A stretch of 64,000 bases of DNA from an uncultured Pseudomonadales bacterium (GTDB taxonomy: Bacteria; Patescibacteriota; Microgenomatia; UBA1400; PJMF01): positions 69,249 to 133,248 of the forward strand of contig CAZVBO010000001.1 of the NCBI GenBank assembly GCA_964625685.1, written 5' to 3'. The translations under genes were made by a program, and so were the position numbers. Shown here piece after piece: positions 57,681 through 64,000 of this stretch. Under the pieces are notes generated by a model. The model saw nothing but the letters and a program-made list of their open reading frames with translations, was not told the origin of the DNA and did not search any database. Position 1 is the first letter of the stretch; every line of letters starts with the position of its first letter.

Positions 57681-57754
57681 TACCAGGGGAGAGATTCGAA
57701 CTCTCGACCTTTGGTTTATGAATCCAATGCTCTAACCAGCTGAGCTACCCTGGC
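57681..57754 (-). tRNA. tRNA-Met (anticodon CAU), probably elongator
   Basis: The reverse complement folds as a cloverleaf. The acceptor stem is GCCAGGG/CCCTGGT with a G1-U72 pair. The D-arm is GCTC-AGCTGGTTA-GAGC. The anticodon loop is TTCATAA. The T-arm is GAGAG-TTCGAAT-CTCTC. No CCA is encoded. Confidence 0.75.
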
Positions 57755-57823
57755 TCAATTCATGCTGCTTTGGTAGATGGGTGAATCTGATGCCATCGAT
57801 TGCGTATGAATTATATCAAAACT

Positions 57824-57852
57824 TTGACGAAAATCAGGAGAGAGTTTATAAT
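57824..57852 (+). promoter_or_regulatory. Near-consensus sigma70 promoter (TTGACG-17-TATAAT) driving the downstream tRNA
   Basis: The hexamers are TTGACG at 57824-57829 and TATAAT at 57847-57852 with an exact 17-nt spacer. A divergent extended -10 (TGATATAAT) for the minus-strand tRNA overlaps the region. Confidence 0.45.
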
Positions 57853-57981
57853 ACAGTCTTGTTGTTTTAACAATCAACTGAAATCGTCCACCTTCACAAC
57901 GCTATTTTGCACTTTTAGGCTTATTCAGCCATATTGCAAATAGGTTGTTTCGATGGACTGCGTTCTGTAAAACAGAACTTG

Positions 57982-58050
57982 CGCGGGATAGTGTAGGGTG
58001 CACGTGAGGCTCATAATCTCACAGGCTAGGTTCGACTCCTAGTCCCGCAA
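57982..58050 (+). tRNA. compact tRNA with CAU anticodon, initiator-like (tRNA-fMet candidate)
   Basis: The acceptor stem CGCGGGA/TCCCGCA has a C1xA72 mismatch, which is the bacterial initiator hallmark. The anticodon loop is CTCATAA. The T-arm is CTAGG-TTCGACT-CCTAG. The D-arm is short (3-4 bp stem) and the variable loop is 4 nt, giving about 69 nt. The exact ends are uncertain. Confidence 0.6.
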
Positions 58051-58102
58051 CAATGTAAAAGGATCCCGTTTATCGGGGTCTTTTTTATTTTTAGAAAGAG
58101 AT

Positions 58103-58525
58103 ATGGCGTTTGTAGACAGAGAATATCAGCCTCCATATAGATGTTTGGCAGGAGAACCACCAATTCCTGGTCCTAGGAGTAATGAAACTTCATTTCATCG
58201 TTCTTTAATAGAAATAATTCAAGAGTATGAACAGTCTCCAGTTATGGGATTTAAATGTCTGGAGAAACACGCATCACTTCTGGGAAAAAGTTTATTAGAC
58301 ATTATGACATCATGTCTAAAATTTATGGTTTTAGACGAAAATTGGAGCAATTCAGAAACTTTTTGGGTAATGGTAAATGAAACTAGAAGAGCCAGTTTAA
58401 CAATGGAAGAAGATGATAGAGCCTTGGTGGAACAAAGATTAGAAAAAATTATTCAGTTATACAAACAAGATAGTTTCAGGAGAAAATTAGTGGTAGCTTT
58501 TCAGAAAGTTGTGGCTGGGGTTTAA
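58103..58525 (+). CDS. hypothetical protein
   Basis: This 140-aa ORF lies immediately 3' of the tRNA and has no recognised motif. Confidence 0.35.
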   Translation: MAFVDREYQPPYRCLAGEPPIPGPRSNETSFHRSLIEIIQEYEQSPVMGFKCLEKHASLLGKSLLDIMTSCLKFMVLDENWSNSETFWVMVNETRRASLTMEEDDRALVEQRLEKIIQLYKQDSFRRKLVVAFQKVVAGV

Positions 58526-58541
58526 GTGTTACACTTACCTC

Positions 58542-58787
58542 ATGTGGTTTGTTTATGTTTTACTGTGCCAAGATGGAAGTTTGTATACGGGCATTTCACC
58601 TGATCCTGAAAAAAGATTTGAGCAGCATCTTTCAGGGAAAGGAGCCAAGTATACCCGATCTCATAAGCCAGTTAAAATTGTTTACCAAGAAAAATTTAAA
58701 TCTCGCTCAGAAGCGTTGAAAAGAGAAGCGGAGATTAAGGGATGGAGACGAGAAAGGAAAATTAGGGAATTAAAATTTCTAAAATGA
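58542..58787 (+). CDS. small GIY-YIG nuclease family protein (YhbQ/UPF0213-like)
   Basis: The N-terminus WFVYVLLCQDGSLYTGISPDPEKRFEQH matches the GIY-YIG core (GIY here as FVY ... YTG). Conserved R and E residues follow in a protein of about 81 aa from ATG 58542. Confidence 0.65.
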   Translation: MWFVYVLLCQDGSLYTGISPDPEKRFEQHLSGKGAKYTRSHKPVKIVYQEKFKSRSEALKREAEIKGWRRERKIRELKFLK

Positions 58788-59059
58788 CCATTTACCTTTT
58801 CCTCAAAGTTAGCCTTCATTTTTAAGTTTATTCTTTTTTTCTTATTTTTTCTCTTTTGCCACCAGTGTTTATCCATGATGTTTACGTCAATGCCCTCTAA
58901 TGTAATCTTTGTTCCCTTTCTTCCAGTTTCATCTGTAAATCGACGAATTCTTGTCCCAACTAGACCCAGGAAAACAGCTTTTGTTTCCTCAGCTATTTGT
59001 CTTAAGAGAGATGGAGGAGCTTTTTCAGGTTCTGATTGATGGGGATAGTGTTCATACAT
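58682..59059 (-). CDS. hypothetical protein (extent uncertain; 3' 106 nt overlap the convergent GIY-YIG gene)
   Basis: The N-terminal 80 aa look protein-like and are not low-complexity. The overlapping tail may be a non-coding read-through of the ORF. Confidence 0.25.
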   Translation of the reverse strand: MYEHYPHQSEPEKAPPSLLRQIAEETKAVFLGLVGTRIRRFTDETGRKGTKITLEGIDVNIMDKHWWQKRKNKKKRINLKMKANFEEKVNGHFRNFNSLIFLSRLHPLISASLFNASERDLNFSW

Positions 59060-59112
59060 AGAAGTAGTTTACCAGTTTTTTTCTTTTAATAGCAATTGTT
59101 TTTACTATCCAA

Positions 59113-59727
59113 TTATAATTTTACTAAGAAGTTAATTTGAGGGTGATAATAACGTTTTAATTTTTTCATTAGAAATTTGCGACTTCCGACTAAGACAAGT
59201 GGAGTGATAGTCGTTAGCCTCGAGTTATAAGTACGACTATTGTGAGGGTCATAGAGGGTACGGATGGGCAGAGTGGGATCAATAATGACTGTATTTGAAG
59301 TGTGCGTTGTTCTTAAAACTGAATGGGATTGGCCTTTTTGTAGTAAGCCAGAATCTGTGATAGAAAACCGTCTGTGTTCAATTCCCATTTCTGTTGCGAT
59401 TCTACGGCAGGTAGTATGACAGGTATTGCTCAAATCAAAACCGTTGATTTGAAGTGATTGTAAATCGAGATTAATGATTTTTGAGAAAAAAGGAGATAGA
59501 AAACTTTGTAAATTGAACAAGTCTTCATTTGACATTTCCTCCGATAAAAGAAGAAGGAAAATATAGTTTTGAAAATCAATAATTTTTAAAAATGCTTCGG
59601 TTCTTAATATTTCAATGAGTTGAATACCATTGAGTCGTGAAGAGTATTTGTCTATCAGCGTTGTTACTTCAGTTGGAGGTAAAATTTCTAACGGGTTTAT
59701 AATAACAGCTCCTTCCACTCCTCCCAA
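59113..59727 (-). CDS. hypothetical protein
   Basis: This 204-aa ORF has no recognised motif. Confidence 0.35.
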   Translation of the reverse strand: MGGVEGAVIINPLEILPPTEVTTLIDKYSSRLNGIQLIEILRTEAFLKIIDFQNYIFLLLLSEEMSNEDLFNLQSFLSPFFSKIINLDLQSLQINGFDLSNTCHTTCRRIATEMGIEHRRFSITDSGLLQKGQSHSVLRTTHTSNTVIIDPTLPIRTLYDPHNSRTYNSRLTTITPLVLVGSRKFLMKKLKRYYHPQINFLVKL

Positions 59728-60044
59728 GGGGTTTTGGGTTGAGTGACTTCTGGTAAATCACTTTCTTGAAGGGGCGGAAGCTGGAGAACTGTCTCCCCTG
59801 GTTTTTGCATGAGTAACTCATCTCGAGCGATTTTTTCTTTGCTAATAGGCAGTTGGGCTGTTTCTAAGTCTTGTTGAGATTGTGAAACTTCACTTGAGAT
59901 TTTATCCACTTCTTGTTCTAATAAGTGAATAGTTTCACTGGAGCGGCTGATTTCATTTTTATTGGTTCTCAGGGACATTACAAAAATTATAGTCAAGACA
60001 GTTAAGATGAGAGCAGTGAGAGGATGAAAGAGCAGTGATTTCAT
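59697..60044 (-). CDS. hypothetical membrane-anchored coiled-coil protein (FtsB/DivIC-like architecture)
   Basis: The N-terminal TM helix LTALILTVLTIIFVMSL is followed by a coiled-coil (IHLLEQEVDKISSEVSQSQQDLE). Only the architecture supports the call. Confidence 0.3.
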   Translation of the reverse strand: MKSLLFHPLTALILTVLTIIFVMSLRTNKNEISRSSETIHLLEQEVDKISSEVSQSQQDLETAQLPISKEKIARDELLMQKPGETVLQLPPLQESDLPEVTQPKTPWEEWKELLL

Positions 60045-60213
60045 TGACTATGAACCCAGAATGTGATATTATAAGACCTTAAATTATACAGAAACGTCAA
60101 GATAATATTTCTGTTAGAAAGTGACATATTCTAGAATTTAAAGAAGAAAAATTGCGTTTGTTTCTCTCTAATTCTTCGATTTTGATTGTCTAATATGTTT
60201 ATAACAAAAAATT

Positions 60214-61080
60214 ATGCAACCTGTACTAACTGAACTTCACCAACAGTTTACCCAGAGTTTAATTGATGCTGGTAAAGCCAATGCCACGGTTATTGCGTAT
60301 AGCAAAGACATTGAGCAGTTAATTGAGTATGTGGCCAAAAAAGGAAAAACTCAACCCCAAGAAGTTACTTCTGAGGACATTGATGAGTTTAAAGATTTAC
60401 TTAAAAAACAACGTTATACCAGTAAATCAATTTCGCGAAAAATTAACTCTATTAAGTCCTTTTTCCGTTATTTGATTCAGCAAAATGTGTTAGAGACCAA
60501 TCCGGCGGAAGTTATTATCCATCCCAAATTGGAACAATTACCTCCTCGGATTTTATCAAAAATGGAATACCGCGCCTTGCGTGATGCCTGTCGTGGTGAC
60601 TCCCGAATGCGAGCCATTGTAGAAGTTTTACTCCAAACCGGAATGCGGATTAGTGAACTTTCTTCTCTACAACTGACAGATATTGATTTTGATCATAATG
60701 TGATTCATATTGGTGCTCAAAATTCTCGTGAAGCCAGAAAAGTGCCGATGAACCAGGCAGCTAAAACAGCTCTGCAAGATTATCTTTCAGTTCGTCCTCG
60801 TGCTCGAGAAAAAACAGTGTTTTTAACCAAAACCTGTCGACCATTTTTAGTCAGAAATATTCGCACAGCTATTGATCGCTATTTTCGTTTGGCAGGAATT
60901 AAAGATGCTAAAGTCAATGATTTACGCCATACATTTATCGTCGAACAGCTCAAAGCTGGTACTCCTTTAGTCTATATTTCTCAATTGGTGGGTCATAAAC
61001 GTATTACCACTACTGAAAAATATCTGAAATTGATTGACGCTCCTGATATGAACCCGAGTGTTCAGATTGAAGAGCTGTAA
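60214..61080 (+). CDS. tyrosine site-specific recombinase (XerC/XerD-like)
   Basis: The C-terminal catalytic signature is present: ...LRHTFIVEQL...LVGHKRITTTEKYLKL (R...H-x-x-R...Y). The N-terminus is a SAM-like core-binding domain. Confidence 0.8.
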   Translation: MQPVLTELHQQFTQSLIDAGKANATVIAYSKDIEQLIEYVAKKGKTQPQEVTSEDIDEFKDLLKKQRYTSKSISRKINSIKSFFRYLIQQNVLETNPAEVIIHPKLEQLPPRILSKMEYRALRDACRGDSRMRAIVEVLLQTGMRISELSSLQLTDIDFDHNVIHIGAQNSREARKVPMNQAAKTALQDYLSVRPRAREKTVFLTKTCRPFLVRNIRTAIDRYFRLAGIKDAKVNDLRHTFIVEQLKAGTPLVYISQLVGHKRITTTEKYLKLIDAPDMNPSVQIEEL

Positions 61081-61094
61081 ATTTTCCTATTTCT

Positions 61095-61793
61095 ATGAAA
61101 GAAAAAAGCTCATCTTTTTACAAAGAACTGATGCTTTTTTATATATGTCGGCTGCTTGCAATTGCTTCTCTGAATTGGGCACGTCAAGATTATGAATACA
61201 GTATGAACGGTAGAAATCACTCCTATAAAGCAGGAGGATTATTATCTTCTTACGAGATATTTTTACGAACACATTTCCCTGTATTACCTTCTAATGGAAT
61301 TTTTCTTGATTTAGGTTGTGGCACTGGGCAACTAAAAGATTATTTAAAACAGCAAGCGCCTGATCTTCACTATGTTGGTATTGATTCCTCAGCAGCTGGT
61401 TTAGCGATGCAACTAAGACAAGACCAGGGCTCAACAGTTGTTCAGTCAAAAGCTGAAGAGCTCCCTTTACAAGATAAGTCTATCACTTTTATTCATTGTA
61501 AAGATTTATTACCACATATTGGAAACCTTGGAATTTTTTTCGGTGAAATTAGCAGGGTTTTAAAACCAGAAGGTATTGGCATTTTCGTTTTTGCCACTTC
61601 TTATTCTCATTTTCGTGGGTATTATGTAACTTTCCCAGAAATAGTAAAGAAAAAAATCAGAGACGCACATTTGCAGGTAATCGGATTAGATACTTGGAGA
61701 CCCCCCGATCAAGAAATAAATTTTGACTGGTATAAAGAATCATTCAATAGTGGAGGGGTGCGAAGGCATGTTATAATTCTTCGAAAGCCATAA
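61095..61793 (+). CDS. class I SAM-dependent methyltransferase
   Basis: SAM-binding motif I LDLGCGTGQL is present, with acidic motif II downstream. Confidence 0.65.
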   Translation: MKEKSSSFYKELMLFYICRLLAIASLNWARQDYEYSMNGRNHSYKAGGLLSSYEIFLRTHFPVLPSNGIFLDLGCGTGQLKDYLKQQAPDLHYVGIDSSAAGLAMQLRQDQGSTVVQSKAEELPLQDKSITFIHCKDLLPHIGNLGIFFGEISRVLKPEGIGIFVFATSYSHFRGYYVTFPEIVKKKIRDAHLQVIGLDTWRPPDQEINFDWYKESFNSGGVRRHVIILRKP

Positions 61794-61896
61794 ACTTATG
61801 ATTGATAATACTTTCTCTCACACCGCCTGGCAAAGCTCTTCAAAGTAAGAGTTTCTTGGTGTGGTAAAAAGTAAGGCAAATTTTTTTGAATTCTCA

Positions 61897-61926
61897 CCCC
61901 GTACCAAGAAAGGACGGGGTTTTTTA
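61897..61926 (+). terminator. Rho-independent terminator (CCCCGT-accaagaaagg-ACGGGG + T7)
   Basis: The stem and a TTTTTT run are seen directly after the methyltransferase gene. Confidence 0.6.
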
Positions 61927-61994
61927 GTCAAAAGTACGTTACAATAGCAATACGACAAAGGAAAATCCGAGTCTGACTCGGATGACAAAAAAAT

Positions 61995-62993
61995 ATGAAA
62001 AAAAGAATAGTATCAGGCATTACGCCCAGTGGTAACTCACTCCATATTGGAAATTATTTCGGAGCGATCAAACCACAAATTGAATTACAAAATAATGATA
62101 CCTATGAAACGTATTATTTCGTAGCCGATTTACATGCTTTAACCACGATTAAAGATCAAGCCCAACTTCAAAAAAATGTAGAGGGAGTAGTGTTAGATTA
62201 TTTATCGCTGGGCCTTGATCCAGAGAAATGTATTTTCTTTCGTCAGTCAGAAGTGCCAGGCCATTCTCAGTTAGCGGTTGTCTTAGCCAATTACATTTCA
62301 TACGGCCAGATGAAACGGATGCATGCCTTTAAAGACAAACTTGAAAAAGGAACGAGCGTAGAGTCAATCAATATGGGTTTGTTTAACTATCCCATTTTGA
62401 TGGCAGCAGATATTTTACTGTATCGAGCAGTGGGTGTGCCGGTAGGAGAAGATCAACGCCAACATGTAGAACTCACCCGAGATATTGCTGAGAGTTTTAA
62501 TGGAGCTTATCATCAGGATTTCTTTCCTTTACCCAAACCGATGATCAACAAAACTACGGCTAAAGTAGTCGGAACTGATGGTAGTCGTAAGATGAGTAAG
62601 TCATTAGGCAATATTATTGGGATTTTTGATAACGAGGAAGTGATCAAACAACAAATTATGAAATCTTTTACTGATCCCAATCGGAAAAAAGCAACTGATC
62701 CGGGCACAGTCGAGGGTAATCCAGTTTTTATGTATCATGACTTGTTAAATCAAAACGAAGCAGAAGTCGCTGAATTAAAAGAACGTTATCGCCAGGGGAA
62801 AGTAGGTGACGTGGAAGTGAAACAAAAATTGTTTGAAGCTCACCAAACTTACTTTGCTGAGGCTATTGAACGTCGCCGTGAATTAGCCACTAATCAGCAA
62901 CTTCTCAGGGAAATTTTAGAAAATGGAGCGGAAAGAGCCAATCAAGTGGCTCAACAAACTTTAGCAGAAGCGTATGAATTGATTGGAGAGTGA
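61995..62993 (+). CDS. trpS: tryptophan--tRNA ligase
   Basis: The class I motifs are present: the HIGN variant SGITPSGNSLHIGNYFG and KMSKS. The protein is about 332 aa. Confidence 0.9.
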   Translation: MKKRIVSGITPSGNSLHIGNYFGAIKPQIELQNNDTYETYYFVADLHALTTIKDQAQLQKNVEGVVLDYLSLGLDPEKCIFFRQSEVPGHSQLAVVLANYISYGQMKRMHAFKDKLEKGTSVESINMGLFNYPILMAADILLYRAVGVPVGEDQRQHVELTRDIAESFNGAYHQDFFPLPKPMINKTTAKVVGTDGSRKMSKSLGNIIGIFDNEEVIKQQIMKSFTDPNRKKATDPGTVEGNPVFMYHDLLNQNEAEVAELKERYRQGKVGDVEVKQKLFEAHQTYFAEAIERRRELATNQQLLREILENGAERANQVAQQTLAEAYELIGE

Positions 62994-63334
62994 CAATTAT
63001 GAAACCGACCATCGAGTACTCAGATTTTGAAAAACTAGAATTAAGAGTGGGCAAAATTACTGAAGCGAGCGCCCCAGAATGGAGCAATAAGTTACTCCAG
63101 TTTACTGTTGATTTTGGAGGTGAGATAGGAACTAAAACTATTTTATCTGGGGTAAAGCAATGGTATTCACCAGAAGCATTTTTAGGAAAAAACTTTCCTT
63201 TTGTGATTAATTTAGCCGAACGTAAAATGGGTGAAGGAGTCAGTCAAGGAATGATGATTATGGCAGATACTAAAGATCAGCCAACCCTCTTCCCGCTAGC
63301 TCTAGAGATTGCACCTGGTACAATTATTCGCTAG
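62990..63334 (+). CDS. csaA: tRNA-binding protein (CsaA/Trbp111-like, EMAP/Myf domain)
   Basis: The segment FEKLELRVGKITEA...GEGVSQGMMI is the OB-fold tRNA-binding domain found at the MetRS C-terminus or in CsaA. The ORF overlaps the trpS stop by 4 nt. Confidence 0.75.
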   Translation: MTIMKPTIEYSDFEKLELRVGKITEASAPEWSNKLLQFTVDFGGEIGTKTILSGVKQWYSPEAFLGKNFPFVINLAERKMGEGVSQGMMIMADTKDQPTLFPLALEIAPGTIIR

Positions 63335-63379
63335 AATAGCGTTTCGCTTTACTTACAATATCAGCTAGCAAGGAATGTT

Positions 63380-64000
63380 ATGGCAGACGCCTCACAAGAC
63401 AATAAATCCACTCAACCCAAAAATACGAAACGACCGCTGACTCCTCAACAGATGAAAAAAATTGAAGTGAAATTTGATGTCAATAAATTTTTCAATAAGT
63501 CTTTTGTTTATATTATTGTGGGCTTACTCTTTTTGCCACTGATTCTGTCCTTATTTCAAGGCGGGGTAGAGGATATTTCTTTATCACAACTGGTTTCCGA
63601 TATTCGATCGGAAAAAATTGAAAGTATTGAAGTGGCTGGACCAGAATTGAGAGCGCACTACAAAGATTCCACCGAGAAACATGCTCGTAAAGAAGATACC
63701 CAGGAAGTCGTTCCTCTGTTAGAAGCAGCAGGAATTGATTTAACGGCCGTAGATGTTGAGGTAAAAGATTTATCAACGGGTCAAATGATTTGGGAAGTGT
63801 TGGTGAACTTTTTGCCGTTGGTAGCAATGGTTATCCTGTTTTTGTTCTTTTTCCGTCAAGCTCGAGGCTCTGATGGCATTATGGGTTTTGGTAAAAGTAA
63901 AGCCAAACTGTTTGTCAAAGGCAAACAGGATGTGAAGTTTGCTGATGTAGGTGGGATGGATGAAGCCAAGCAAGAATTAGAAGAGATTGTGGACTTCTTA
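63380..64000 (+). CDS. ftsH: ATP-dependent zinc metalloprotease FtsH (N-terminal 207 codons; 3' end beyond window)
   Basis: An RBS AGGAA lies 5 nt upstream of ATG 63380. Two TM helices flank a periplasmic domain. The FtsH-specific segment IMGFGKSKAKLF...VKFADVGGMDEAKQELEEIVDFL precedes the AAA domain. Confidence 0.85.
   Translation, partial: MADASQDNKSTQPKNTKRPLTPQQMKKIEVKFDVNKFFNKSFVYIIVGLLFLPLILSLFQGGVEDISLSQLVSDIRSEKIESIEVAGPELRAHYKDSTEKHARKEDTQEVVPLLEAAGIDLTAVDVEVKDLSTGQMIWEVLVNFLPLVAMVILFLFFFRQARGSDGIMGFGKSKAKLFVKGKQDVKFADVGGMDEAKQELEEIVDFL

Noticed and set aside
61794-61994. Possible T-box riboswitch upstream of trpS
   Set aside because: The leader contains a terminator (61897-61926) and a small GAGTC hairpin. 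I could not find the conserved T-box sequence (AATTAGGGTGGTACCGCG-like) or a specifier-loop arrangement, so it is not called.

Overview
This is an AT-rich bacterial chromosomal segment read with the standard genetic code: TGA acts as a stop codon, for example at the pth/downstream-gene overlap ATGACTGA. The gene content suggests a reduced-genome, CPR/Patescibacteria-like (Saccharibacteria-like) organism, but that placement is an inference from gene content only. I found no rRNA, CRISPR array or transposase.

Housekeeping genes supported by recognisable motifs are:
- replication and repair: an ATP-dependent DNA ligase (KYDGMR) and a Xer-like tyrosine recombinase;
- nucleotide supply: nrdR with two NrdR boxes upstream and a roughly 735-aa monomeric class II ribonucleotide reductase, plus cmk;
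- translation and tRNA modification: rpsT, lepA, pth, smpB, trpS, a CsaA-like tRNA-binding protein, tsaD, a TsaC(Sua5)-TsaE fusion and three tRNAs;
- protein quality control: groES-groEL behind a CIRCE-like operator, and the 5' end of ftsH;
- cell envelope: nagZ-lgt, murJ, two class A penicillin-binding proteins flanking a GH18 hydrolase, and a MacAB-type MFP/ABC/permease efflux operon.

The most unusual region is a minus-strand locus at about 20.7-29.6 kb. PilN/PilO-like genes sit directly downstream of murJ, followed by four consecutive large secreted proteins. Three of these are paralogous cysteine-rich modular proteins; two of the three (20671-21990 and 24239-26050) share a C-terminal Cys-module plus LPQTG anchor that is also nearly identical at the DNA level. 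The fourth is a Ser/Thr-rich protein with an FN3-like domain and a C-terminal 'LPVSG + TM + KEER' tail. This is a candidate host- or cell-surface attachment apparatus, and its disulfide-rich modules appear unannotatable from sequence alone.

Other observations worth a second look:
- a tRNA whose anticodon reads UAU (Ile, decoding AUA) in the DNA;
- a VirD4/TraD-like coupling ATPase tightly coupled to an acidic, disordered protein;
- a perfect TRRNFLK twin-arginine signal on a 591-aa protein;
- a GNAT acetyltransferase gene interrupted by a 1-nt frameshift;
- a family of intergenic A/T heptad repeats (TTTGGAW / TTTGAGT), sometimes flanking GC hairpins, at five or more loci;
- recurring GAGTC-centred palindromic hairpins;
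- a tRNA-adjacent block of unknown small genes.
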